The notes beneath the pieces are model-generated. The model was not told the DNA's origin. It did not search any database and saw only the letters and a list, made by a program, of their open reading frames with translations. Made by a program: the position numbers and the translations under genes. Positions 29,918 through 39,705 of a stretch of DNA of 64,000 nt are shown here, in pieces (positions within the stretch are counted from its first letter, which is position 1; the number at the start of each line of letters is the position of its first letter). Source of the stretch: a virus (lineage: Duplodnaviria > Heunggongvirae > Uroviricota > Caudoviricetes); the IMG/VR virus record IMGVR_UViG_3300001336_000001, positions 223,856 through 287,855 of that record, one strand, 5' to 3'.

Positions 29918-31672
29918 TTATCTAAGTTCATTAATGTTAAATGTAGGTACACCATCAACTCTAATATGTCCGTAGAACCTATTGTTTACCACCTTTTTAG
30001 CATAACGTGTCATTATACCTTTTACAGGTGCAAAGTTGAACGGGTTATACATTGTAGGGGTAAGTTGCATTGGCACGTATGGTGCGTAGATGTAACCTGT
30101 ATCCAACAATGATTTACCTTTATGACCGATAATCATTGAGTAGAATGGTGCATAAGGGTCACGGTACACTTGGTAACGTCCGCTTAACGAACCGACTCTT
30201 TCAATACCCATGTTGTATTGGTCTTGCTCTGGGTTAGCGTCACTTACGTGGAAGTACTCAAGGTCATCCATGATAGCAGAAATCTCAGAAGATACAACTA
30301 TAAAGTTAGCACCACCTCTAAGAGTTGTTTTATGGATTTGCGCAGAGATTTGGTTAATTCTTGTGATAAGAGTTTGATTCCACTCTTTTTGAGTATATGG
30401 TGAAGCAGCAGAAGATGCTTTTCTCCATCCATTATAATCCCAACGTAATGGCCATGCAGCAGCCTTTCTTAAGTCTCTTAAGATTTCACGGTCAATCTCA
30501 GCCGCAACTTGCTCAGATAACATTGCTGTTAACTCAGCTTCAGCATCGATATTGTGGAATGCACTAACGTCTTGCGCTAACTCTGGAGACCAAGTAGCTC
30601 TAAGTTTTCTCTCTTCAACAGAAACAACAACTTCATCCAATCTGAATGAAACCTCACCCATTTCTGTCTCAAGCTCTAGAGACTCATATCTACCCCAAGT
30701 AATGATAAAGTCACCAGCAGTAACACCTGAAGTTACAGTACCAGCATAACCATCATAAGTTGATGTAGTACCAGCTGGGTGAGTTAAATCTAACTCGATG
30801 TATAATTTACCTTCAGCATCACAAATATCACCGTAATCAACGATACCTTTACCGTATTTTTGAGTTACTAATCTGAATGGAACTTCAGAGTTTGGTGCAA
30901 CAATAATATCACCATCAGTGTCTAACAACGTTAAACCTGAATCAGCAACAACTTTTAATGAAGCTAAAAATGCTTCTGTATCCATTTCGTTTCCGTCTGG
31001 ACCAGTTAATCTACCAGCGCTACTATCAGAGAAACCAGTAATTGCCATAATAGCAGTTCTTTTAGTACCGTCAGTTGCAGATGGTAAAGCATCTAAATCA
31101 GCAGCAGGTGCAAAAACACCATTTTGGTCTAATGTTTGGAAAGCACCAACACCACTTATGATAGTTAACGCACCTTTTGAATTATCAAATAACCCATCAT
31201 TGTAGAAAATATCGTAAAGGTTCTTAGCCTCAAATGTAGTAAGTTCACACCCGTCAAGTGGTTGAACACATGATGGAGCTTGGTCACCCATTGAGTTATG
31301 TCTGTAAGTAGTTGTATTACCAGTAACCTCAACTCTTGCAGATGTAACAGGTACAAAGAAGAACAATTTACCGATTGGCATGTTCATAGCTTGTACTGAT
31401 ACGATATCGTTAGCTAATAATTTAGAGAATACTCTTCTAACGATTGGGAAAACAACAGTTTCGAATGAACCTGAAGATGTAGCATCTGTAGCTTCAGTTA
31501 AAATAGAAGACGCTTGGTTTTCATATAACTGAGCAATGTTTTCCTTAACATGGCCCTTAAGACCTTCTAAGAATCCTAATGATTCCCATTTAGCTTGGGT
31601 TTGCTTACGGACTTCCTTCATGTGGTTCAATCCAACGTTCCCAACCATACCTGAATTTAAAAATTGTGACAT
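29918..31672 (-). CDS. gp23: Major capsid protein (T4 gp23-like)
   Basis: 'VFPIVRRVF', 'VSVQAM', 'RKLRATWSPELAQD', 'EIDREI', 'YAPYVP', 'GIMTRYA'; likely maturation site ILTE/A. Confidence 0.95.
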   Translation of the reverse strand: MSQFLNSGMVGNVGLNHMKEVRKQTQAKWESLGFLEGLKGHVKENIAQLYENQASSILTEATDATSSGSFETVVFPIVRRVFSKLLANDIVSVQAMNMPIGKLFFFVPVTSARVEVTGNTTTYRHNSMGDQAPSCVQPLDGCELTTFEAKNLYDIFYNDGLFDNSKGALTIISGVGAFQTLDQNGVFAPAADLDALPSATDGTKRTAIMAITGFSDSSAGRLTGPDGNEMDTEAFLASLKVVADSGLTLLDTDGDIIVAPNSEVPFRLVTQKYGKGIVDYGDICDAEGKLYIELDLTHPAGTTSTYDGYAGTVTSGVTAGDFIITWGRYESLELETEMGEVSFRLDEVVVSVEERKLRATWSPELAQDVSAFHNIDAEAELTAMLSEQVAAEIDREILRDLRKAAAWPLRWDYNGWRKASSAASPYTQKEWNQTLITRINQISAQIHKTTLRGGANFIVVSSEISAIMDDLEYFHVSDANPEQDQYNMGIERVGSLSGRYQVYRDPYAPFYSMIIGHKGKSLLDTGYIYAPYVPMQLTPTMYNPFNFAPVKGIMTRYAKKVVNNRFYGHIRVDGVPTFNINELR

Positions 31673-31697
31673 AGTTTTTATTTTTTAATTTTTTTTA

Positions 31698-33116
31698 TTA
31701 TCTGTTTTCGACTCTACCCATTAATTCTTTAATTCTTTGGGTTTCTCTATCAACATAAGCGGTTGATTCATTTAATTGTTTTGACACCCCGCTAGTAATG
31801 TCTTTATTTATTTTATTATCAACTGATTCACTAATTGGGTTTCTAGAAGTCAACTCATTAGCAATCGTTTTATATAACTTTTTAGACTCCTTAAGTGTAG
31901 AAACTCCCTCATCAAATCTCTTCAATATAGTTTGCTTCTCATCTTTAGTTATCGAATGTTCCATAAATAACTTAGTTACATAAGTTAAATTAGAATTAAA
32001 TACAACTGTTTCCGCTAACATATTTCTAAATTGTTTAAGAGCTGTTTTGTATTCTTCATTTTTACCCTTAAGTTCTTTAGCTTCAGTCAACAGAGCTTTA
32101 TACTTTTCATTTGCCTCAGTAATAGTAGCTCTTATCTTTTCGGATTCGTTTTTAGGTTTTGGGTGATGCGCAGCACCAACCTTTCTAGCACCCTGCTTAC
32201 CAGCATAACCTCTAGTGTGCCCTAAATTTTCATCCACTGAATCCTCATCTTCATCTACAACCTCTTCCAAAACCTCATCTTCCTCATGCATAACTATAGG
32301 ACCTTCAGCTTTAGCGTGTGTTTTATCCTCATCAAAACCACCCTCAAGGTTATCACCAGCCCAATTGTCCTTTTCAGAGCCAACTGGTGCTTTAGTAGAT
32401 TCGATGTCTACCATTTCATCTAGCTCAATTTCGTAAATAACTTCATCATTGATTTCGTTTTCATCCAACTGGTAATCCTCTTCCATTTCTGAGTCTAATT
32501 CACCACCCATTTCAATGTCTAACTCTTCACCACCCATTTCAATGTCTAACTCTTCATCACCCATTTCTGAGTCTAATTCACCACCCATTGAAACTTCAGA
32601 TGCACCACCTGGTTTAATAACAAACTCACCTGGTTCGTTAACTGAAACGTTAATATCACCAGTTGCGTCATCAACAACAACTTCGATTTCATCATCACCT
32701 GTCAATTTTTTATAAACAGCGATAACATCATCATCAGACGCCGTAGTCATATCGATTTCATCCTCGTAATCTGATACATCAGTATCCATACTTGCTTCGT
32801 AATCACCTTCTAGGTCATCACCACCAACCGAGTCAATGTCATCACCACCCATTTCATCATCAACATTAACTTCTGAATCTAGGTCTAGTTCTTCACCACC
32901 CATTTCATCATCAACATCAACTTCTGAATCTAAGTCAACTGATTCAGCATCCTCTTCTTCATAATCCTCTTCTTCTAAAGATTCTTTCACTATCCCATTA
33001 ATTTCTTCAATAGCTACACTACGAAGTATTTCTTTTGTGTTGGCATTTAGTGCTTCCTGGATTCTTTTAGCATCCAAAAGAGCGCTCTCAATAATTGATT
33101 TATTTTCTTTAGCCAT
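31698..33116 (-). CDS. Prohead core scaffold protein (gp22 position), acidic repeats (start revised)
   Basis: Between protease and MCP; very acidic; many (I/L/V)xE sites. Confidence 0.75.
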   Translation of the reverse strand: MAKENKSIIESALLDAKRIQEALNANTKEILRSVAIEEINGIVKESLEEEDYEEEDAESVDLDSEVDVDDEMGGEELDLDSEVNVDDEMGGDDIDSVGGDDLEGDYEASMDTDVSDYEDEIDMTTASDDDVIAVYKKLTGDDEIEVVVDDATGDINVSVNEPGEFVIKPGGASEVSMGGELDSEMGDEELDIEMGGEELDIEMGGELDSEMEEDYQLDENEINDEVIYEIELDEMVDIESTKAPVGSEKDNWAGDNLEGGFDEDKTHAKAEGPIVMHEEDEVLEEVVDEDEDSVDENLGHTRGYAGKQGARKVGAAHHPKPKNESEKIRATITEANEKYKALLTEAKELKGKNEEYKTALKQFRNMLAETVVFNSNLTYVTKLFMEHSITKDEKQTILKRFDEGVSTLKESKKLYKTIANELTSRNPISESVDNKINKDITSGVSKQLNESTAYVDRETQRIKELMGRVENR

Positions 33117-33145
33117 TTGTTTTTTGTTTTTTTTATTAAAATTAT

Positions 33146-33179
33146 ACACCCGAATGGGGTGTCTTTGTTTTATAAATAT
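33146..33179 (-). promoter_or_regulatory. Late motif ATATTTATA followed by GC-rich 5' hairpin (ACACCC-cattc-GGGTGT) of the scaffold-MCP transcript
   Basis: Motif 33171-33179, hairpin 33146-33162. Confidence 0.55.
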
Positions 33180-33228
33180 GTTTATTTTATATAAAAACCA
33201 TTTTTGTTAAAAAAAATGATATTTTTTT

Positions 33229-33927
33229 TTATAATAATAAAAAGTTATCCAACCCTTCAGTTAATGTATTATTACCTTTAATGGTTGATTCGACAAATGG
33301 TTTAGCCTCATCTTTACCCCTAAACATCCAAGAACCAGGTGTACTTGGTGCCGTAACAACATCCCAACAAATTATTTCAAAATCATCTTGAACGATATGG
33401 TCACCATTAACTTCTCTTAATGAACCAACACCCCTAGATGATACACCTATCATAATATTATTCCTTAATAAGTTTGCAACCTCATCACCTTTAGTGGATA
33501 CAATACCATAATTGATATAACCAGGAGTCATCAATATTTCCATCTTACCCATTAAAGTTTTACCTTCCCACCAAGTCTCAATAATATTATGTGAAATCCT
33601 ATCACCTGCAATTATTGATGATTCTGGATGGTCTAATTCACCGATAGCTCTTCTTTCCCTAATTAATTGTTGATACCTATCAACCTCACGTCTTAAAATG
33701 GGTTCAGTGTAAATCCTACCATTTCTATTTTTAACACCATATTTTTGTAATACAACATAAACAATTAGGGGTTCATTCATCGATAACTTATTACCAACTT
33801 CGAGCTTTTTCATTTCATTGATAAATGGTTTATTTCTGATATCATCTGGGGATATATATCCCGCATCAGATTCAATTAAGAACCCAAATCCAGATTCTCC
33901 AGCTTTCAATATTTTAATGTCTGACAT
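33229..33927 (-). CDS. gp21: Prohead core protease (T4 gp21-like)
   Basis: 'NRNGRIY', 'GELDHP', 'GVSSRGVGS', 'DVVTAPS'. Confidence 0.93.
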   Translation of the reverse strand: MSDIKILKAGESGFGFLIESDAGYISPDDIRNKPFINEMKKLEVGNKLSMNEPLIVYVVLQKYGVKNRNGRIYTEPILRREVDRYQQLIRERRAIGELDHPESSIIAGDRISHNIIETWWEGKTLMGKMEILMTPGYINYGIVSTKGDEVANLLRNNIMIGVSSRGVGSLREVNGDHIVQDDFEIICWDVVTAPSTPGSWMFRGKDEAKPFVESTIKGNNTLTEGLDNFLLL

Positions 33928-33993
33928 ACTTATATTTTTAATATAAATATGTTACATAAAATAAAAAACCCTAACTTTCGCTAGGGGTTAAAT

Positions 33994-34431
33994 TTATTTT
34001 TTTGTTTTAGTAAATTCGAAATATTCAGATTCTTCAAACACCTCATTAATTAGTTTATCCAATAAAGAAATTATATTATCTTTAATTATTTTATTCTGGA
34101 TTTTAAAATCATTCAATTTAAATAGAGTGATTTCACACGACATAAAACTTTTCTTATTATAACTAATACCTGATTGTCTCATGTCTAAATCAATAATTGT
34201 TTTATTCTTATTAAATAGAGTTGGATTTATATTGTTAAATACTTTTGATTTTATTTTTTTATTTAAGGCTTTAATTACTAATCCGTAATCAATATCACTA
34301 GCATCAATCGGTTTACCCCAAGCTGATATAATTAAATACATTGATTTTGGGTTATTATTATTAATAGTACCAATTGTAATATTATAATTATTTTTTAAAT
34401 TTATTTTTAATTTTTTACCATTTTTAATCAT
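33994..34431 (-). CDS. Hypothetical protein
   Basis: 145-aa ORF; hairpin 33966-33989 downstream. Confidence 0.6.
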   Translation of the reverse strand: MIKNGKKLKINLKNNYNITIGTINNNNPKSMYLIISAWGKPIDASDIDYGLVIKALNKKIKSKVFNNINPTLFNKNKTIIDLDMRQSGISYNKKSFMSCEITLFKLNDFKIQNKIIKDNIISLLDKLINEVFEESEYFEFTKTKK

Positions 34432-34489
34432 ATTATCATTTTTATTATAAAATAACTAAAAAATAAAAAAAGTCAATAGGTGATACTGG

Positions 34490-34879
34490 TTATTTTTTAA
34501 CTTTACCTATAAAAATAATACCATTTATTTCTGGAAAGTACTTACCCTTCCACAACACATCGATAGTTTTATTATTATAAGATTTTAACTTACAAGATAA
34601 TTCTTTTTGTGCGTGTCCAGATTTTATCTCATCAACAAAATTATGTATTTTTGGTAACTCATATTCTGGCACAATGTTTTCCCAACCACCATCAATACAA
34701 CATTGCTCACCACGCCCAGTAACCAAATCCCAATCACCATTTACTGTAACAAATTTATCTGTCATTGTTGATGCGATTAAACGAATAATATACTCATCAT
34801 TATTCTTTGTTATTTTATCAAGCATTTCAAGCTGCTTAAGCTCTAGTTTTGCAACGGTTAAGTGTAACGGTGTAGTCAT
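34490..34879 (-). CDS. Stand-alone PAS-domain protein
   Basis: 'FVTVNGDWDLVTGR.E..I..GWENIVPEYE' and 'CKLKSYNNKTIDVLW' match the PAS/PAC pattern. Confidence 0.6.
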   Translation of the reverse strand: MTTPLHLTVAKLELKQLEMLDKITKNNDEYIIRLIASTMTDKFVTVNGDWDLVTGRGEQCCIDGGWENIVPEYELPKIHNFVDEIKSGHAQKELSCKLKSYNNKTIDVLWKGKYFPEINGIIFIGKVKK

Positions 34880-34884
34880 AATTA

Positions 34885-35181
34885 TTATTTATTACAATTT
34901 TTAGTTATTTCAGCGATTTTGTTATCAATGTGAGTGATAATTTCATTAATAACCTCATCACTATTTTCTTGATTGGATTTAATTACTTCTTGTAATCCTT
35001 TAGAAGCATCGTTTAAAAGTGGTATTATCTCTTTAAGTTCATTAACACGATTTTCCCTTTCAACCTCTAATCGCCTAATAACACCATTTTTTTCTTCTTG
35101 AACTGATTTTAACCATAACCACATTATGTAGAATGTAACACCAGCACTACCAAATATTTGTATTAATGAATCTAATTCCAT
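34885..35181 (-). CDS. Single-TM + coiled-coil protein, BhlA/UviB-holin-like
   Basis: N-terminal hydrophobic helix 'LIQIFGSAGVTFYIMWLWL' followed by a charged coiled coil. Confidence 0.45.
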   Translation of the reverse strand: MELDSLIQIFGSAGVTFYIMWLWLKSVQEEKNGVIRRLEVERENRVNELKEIIPLLNDASKGLQEVIKSNQENSDEVINEIITHIDNKIAEITKNCNK

Positions 35182-35182
35182 T

Positions 35183-35974
35183 TTACTTATTATCGTTTAA
35201 TACTTTTTTTAATTCTAAAACTTTAGAAACATCATTTATAAACGTTTCCGAAACGTATGCTCTATCAAGTAGATTTTCCTTTACCGATAACAATTTCTCT
35301 TTAACATCACCACTTGATTCTTTTAATTTAGTATTAACTAAAGTAGTACATTCCTTAATGGTATCTTCATAATATTCAGACTTAGCCTTATCATCACCAC
35401 CAATTACTAATTTAATAAAAGCCTTTTCAGATTCATTTAAATCTGAATAATTATTATTAAATTTTTCAACAGCAATCTCAGAAAGGACACTATTAGGTAA
35501 CCCATACCCTTCATCAACAGTAGGTACTATTATGTTATTATTAATGTGGTTAATAACATTATGTTTAGCCTCAACAATCTTATCAATAGTCTTAGATGTC
35601 TTTTTAGTGGTTATTAATGTTGAAATACTTTCGTATAATCTTTCCTGAGTATCACTAATATTAGGTTTAATTTCTTTATTACCCAACAATGATAATAATT
35701 TACTATTTGATTCAGCGATTTGTTTTGGGTTATATTTAGACAATAATGATACAGTTTCATTAACATAATCCAAAGCCCTAAATTTATCAGAATCAAAAGC
35801 AACTTCTAATTTGTGATACACATTAAATTGGTCCCTTAAACACTTATCTTCCTTTAAAAGTTTAAGATATTGTTTAAACAACACTTTATTGGTGCCATCA
35901 TTGTTAACAATACCTTCACTCAACACCTCATTATAGATTGATTTTATTTTACCAAAATTGTCCATAGTTTTCAT
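35183..35974 (-). CDS. Putative prohead core protein
   Basis: Between portal and protease; LSE/IAE/LNE/LKE sites. Confidence 0.55.
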   Translation of the reverse strand: MKTMDNFGKIKSIYNEVLSEGIVNNDGTNKVLFKQYLKLLKEDKCLRDQFNVYHKLEVAFDSDKFRALDYVNETVSLLSKYNPKQIAESNSKLLSLLGNKEIKPNISDTQERLYESISTLITTKKTSKTIDKIVEAKHNVINHINNNIIVPTVDEGYGLPNSVLSEIAVEKFNNNYSDLNESEKAFIKLVIGGDDKAKSEYYEDTIKECTTLVNTKLKESSGDVKEKLLSVKENLLDRAYVSETFINDVSKVLELKKVLNDNK

Positions 35975-36014
35975 TATTTAATAATAAATATATTACTATA
36001 GTAATAAAAACCAG

Positions 36015-39000
36015 TTAATCCTTTAACATATTATCAATATCATTAATTATACCATTGATATCTTCATTAATTTTTAAACTTTTATCATAAACCTTAACTC
36101 TTTCATTTATGATTATATCTTTTTCTTTTTTGTTAACACTACGCATTAAATTATCGAATCTTTGTGTTTTATTTTTGTTTATTTTACGACCTTCAGTAAT
36201 TAAATTTTTACTATTACGTAATGATTCCCCCGCAATCTCTGGCTCACCACCTTCCTCTGGAACCTCACCACCTTCCTCTGGAACCTCACCACCTTCATCA
36301 CCAAATTCACCTTCATCACCAAATTCATCAGAAAAATCATCAGCCCCAGCATCAAAATCTAAACCTCCACCACCGAAGCCACCTCCACCTACTGGACCAC
36401 CTTCATCATCACCACCTTCATCATCAGAACCATCACCACCTTGTTTAGCGATTTCTAAATCACCATAAATGGCATCAACTTTATCGAATGTCCCAGTGTG
36501 TTTGATTACTTTACTAGTATTCTCAAGTTCAGCAGCAGCTGCTTTTTCCATTCTTTGCTCTAACAAATCCTGTTTTATTTCATCATCACTCCAGTTAAGT
36601 ATTTCCCTATGCGCCCTAGTCATAGACATAGGTGCAAATCCATTACCTGAATCAGAAACAGCATCTTTAAATAACGTTACTTTAGCTTGAAGTTGCTCAA
36701 TCATCAACATTTCAGCTTGGGTCGATGGGTTATTTAACGTGAGTGTAAAATTATCTAAATCATCCTCAAACCCCAACATATATAAATGTATTATAGCTAT
36801 CTTATTTAGTTCAGATAACATTGCTTGCTGTATTCTATTTATTGTTCTAGAAAACCTAACATCCTGTAAGGCTAAGTTTTTACCATCACCTATTGCCTCA
36901 TCAAAATTTAAAAAAGATTTAGGTACCCTAAGTGCGGTAAACAATTTTCTTTGTAAATATTGTATATCGGCTATCTGGTCCAAATTACTATTTTTAATAA
37001 AAACACCACTTTCTGTTGCAAAAGTGTGGTGATTATGGTATATTTCATCCCCATCAACGGTAATTGTACCAGTATCCATTTTATTATCTAACCATTCAAT
37101 CGACACAATTTTATGGTTGTAGTTAGACTCAATATCTGACAATTGGTTTTTATTAATATAATACCTCCAAGCTCTAACATTTTTATAACCTAATTCTTCT
37201 GCTGTAATTTTACACCATTCTCTATAATTTTTAAACCCACGTTCTTTTAACATTTTATCTAAATGGTTTCTGGTGAATTCGTTTAGATTTGTCATTGAAC
37301 TTCTAATACCTTCATTTGAGGTGTTAAATTCAACCATAAAATCAGTTGATTTATTAAGTTCTACTAAAGTTAAATCAGCCTTACCATATAGTTTAAACAT
37401 TTCTAAGAACATGTTATATAGTTCACCAGTAAATGTCAGTGTTTGTTTCTTACTAAAAACTTTTTCTCTATATTCAGTAGACTCCCAGTTCTTTTTCGAA
37501 ATTTCAGAAAATCTCTCTTTAAATTCTTCACTTGATTTAGTTTTACTAATTGCTTCACCTCTACCTTTAATAATGTTTTTTTTGTTTGGGTTTTTATTAA
37601 ACGTTTCATTAGCTTTACATCTAGAGTTAATTGAATTTAATCTAGATTGCTCACCTCTAACAATCCTTTCCTCATTAGTTAGGTTTGAAATATGGTTATT
37701 AATACCCTTCGTTATTTTTCTAACATTTTCTTCATGTTTTTTTGGTGTAGACCACAACTCGTGTCTATGGTATTTATAATGGTCTCTAGAGTCCATTAAA
37801 TATAGGTTATTTGGGTTGTTATTAAATCTATCGTTATCCATATGATGTATAGTACCCATTTTGGTTCTATCATAACCCCCTTCAAACGTAAAATACTGTT
37901 CTTCATCGATACTTTTCATAAAATCATTAACCATTCTATGTGTGAAAACCCATTCTTGTTTCGATGAATCCCATACCCTATCATATTTTTTAGCGTATTT
38001 CTTATTTAATATAACTTCTTCACCCCTATAAAAAGGCATAAGACTATCACCTACTTTTAAATCCTTAGCCTCAACAAAACCTTTTGTTCTATGGACCCAT
38101 TTATGGTCTGGTGTTGTGGTTATTGATTTACCATTATCTAAAGTTATTTTTAATACTTGCGCATCTTTTCTAGTTTCACCAGCCCACGTTATAATACCTG
38201 GAGCTAACTCTCCAGTATTTGGGTCACAAGAATATACCCATAGATTTCTATTACCTTTATTCCATTCATATATAATCTCATTAAGTTCCAAAGTTCTACC
38301 ATCAAGTAATGGTATTCTAGTGTCTAAACTAATACAAGCACCAGGTAGTGTATCGATAGGGTTAGGCGCATCCTCACTCCTAACAGGTATGAAATAATCT
38401 TGGTCATTAGCTAAAGTATTATACCTCAAATCAACCTGACCTGTTTGGGGGTCAACTATCGGTGTTCTTTTAAACCTATTAGCAATTTCCTCAACATATG
38501 CTGGTACATCCTCATCATCAATATTACCAACAAATATTTTATACACACGCCTTTCTGGCGCTCTAGTTATACGGTAAACCAACATAGCATCTTCAGACAT
38601 CAATAATTGTTTCCAAATACGTCTAGCTTTTTCCAAAACTGAGGTACCGTAGGGTAAACGTCTATCATCACCCAATAACCTAAAATGTGCTATTTGCCAA
38701 GAATTAAATATAGCATCTCTACCCCTCCATAAAAATTTAACTTTAGTTGGACCCTCATCATCAACATCCTCACTATTAAAACGATTTCTACCACTAATCA
38801 TATTTTCAAGGATATCACCCTCCCTACGCTCTATCTCGAAATTAGGTAACTGCCTAGCACCCAAAACCCCTTGTTTATCATCAATGTTTAATAAAACAAA
38901 ATTATCACCATATTTACACGTATTTCTAGTCCACATTGGTAGTGAAACGTGAATATCCAATCGGTTAAAGAATAAATCCTCTAAAACACCCTTAATCCTA

Positions 39001-39365
39001 GAAGAATCTGAATAAATATTAAGTATTTTACCCTTTTCATTTATAGTTGTTGATTCTTCCATCATAACATCTAAAGCCGCTGCAATTTCTGGGTAAAATT
39101 CCATACTCTCAAAATCAGTATAGGAACCAATTCTAGTTGTTTCATAATGTAATGTTTGTTGAAACAACTCACCGTCAACCTTTTTCCAAACATTTCTCAA
39201 ATACTTTGTTTGTTGAGCTTGTAATTTGGCTGAATCGAATTCTTCTTTTGATTGTGTTTTTAACAAAACATTGTTATCAATAGAATATTTATTAGATTGT
39301 GGTTTAGAAACACCAGTTGGTCCTAAAATAGTGTTTAACCTTTGAAATATAGTTTGTTTTGGCAT
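36015..39365 (-). CDS. gp20: Portal protein (T4 gp20-like) containing an intein
   Basis: 'EDAMLVYRITRAPERRVYKIFVGN', 'DYFIP', 'IDTLPG', 'KLFTALRVP'. Confidence 0.93.
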   Translation of the reverse strand: MPKQTIFQRLNTILGPTGVSKPQSNKYSIDNNVLLKTQSKEEFDSAKLQAQQTKYLRNVWKKVDGELFQQTLHYETTRIGSYTDFESMEFYPEIAAALDVMMEESTTINEKGKILNIYSDSSRIKGVLEDLFFNRLDIHVSLPMWTRNTCKYGDNFVLLNIDDKQGVLGARQLPNFEIERREGDILENMISGRNRFNSEDVDDEGPTKVKFLWRGRDAIFNSWQIAHFRLLGDDRRLPYGTSVLEKARRIWKQLLMSEDAMLVYRITRAPERRVYKIFVGNIDDEDVPAYVEEIANRFKRTPIVDPQTGQVDLRYNTLANDQDYFIPVRSEDAPNPIDTLPGACISLDTRIPLLDGRTLELNEIIYEWNKGNRNLWVYSCDPNTGELAPGIITWAGETRKDAQVLKITLDNGKSITTTPDHKWVHRTKGFVEAKDLKVGDSLMPFYRGEEVILNKKYAKKYDRVWDSSKQEWVFTHRMVNDFMKSIDEEQYFTFEGGYDRTKMGTIHHMDNDRFNNNPNNLYLMDSRDHYKYHRHELWSTPKKHEENVRKITKGINNHISNLTNEERIVRGEQSRLNSINSRCKANETFNKNPNKKNIIKGRGEAISKTKSSEEFKERFSEISKKNWESTEYREKVFSKKQTLTFTGELYNMFLEMFKLYGKADLTLVELNKSTDFMVEFNTSNEGIRSSMTNLNEFTRNHLDKMLKERGFKNYREWCKITAEELGYKNVRAWRYYINKNQLSDIESNYNHKIVSIEWLDNKMDTGTITVDGDEIYHNHHTFATESGVFIKNSNLDQIADIQYLQRKLFTALRVPKSFLNFDEAIGDGKNLALQDVRFSRTINRIQQAMLSELNKIAIIHLYMLGFEDDLDNFTLTLNNPSTQAEMLMIEQLQAKVTLFKDAVSDSGNGFAPMSMTRAHREILNWSDDEIKQDLLEQRMEKAAAAELENTSKVIKHTGTFDKVDAIYGDLEIAKQGGDGSDDEGGDDEGGPVGGGGFGGGGLDFDAGADDFSDEFGDEGEFGDEGGEVPEEGGEVPEEGGEPEIAGESLRNSKNLITEGRKINKNKTQRFDNLMRSVNKKEKDIIINERVKVYDKSLKINEDINGIINDIDNMLKD
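36990..38336 (-). mobile_element. 449-aa intein with HNH endonuclease
   Basis: Starts 'CISLDTRIPLLDG'; block B 'ITTTPDHKW'; ends 'HTFATESGVFIKN/S'; internal 'THRMV...IHHMDNDRFNNNPNNL'. Confidence 0.92.
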
Positions 39366-39417
39366 ATAAAAATTTTATTTGTAAATAGTATATTTTTTTT
39401 ATAAAAAGTAAATACAA

Positions 39418-39663
39418 TCATTCAACATAATCACACTCAACATAAGCTAATTTATTTATAATACCATTAATATTTTCTTTGTTATACACATACATGTTGA
39501 TAGAATCAACACCATTAGAACCAGGGGTTGCATTACAGAATGGTTTTAAATTAAACCCAACACCAACGTTAGGTATTTTTTTTTCAAAAAATATTGGAAC
39601 ACAATACACTGATAAATCACCATTTTTACTATTAGTAAAACACCTTTTAAATTTACTACTCAT
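39418..39663 (-). CDS. Small hypothetical protein
   Basis: 81-aa ORF; late motif at 39680-39688. Confidence 0.55.
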   Translation of the reverse strand: MSSKFKRCFTNSKNGDLSVYCVPIFFEKKIPNVGVGFNLKPFCNATPGSNGVDSINMYVYNKENINGIINKLAYVECDYVE

Positions 39664-39705
39664 AATTCTTTGTTTTTAATATAAATATATTAGTTTTTTT
39701 CATTA

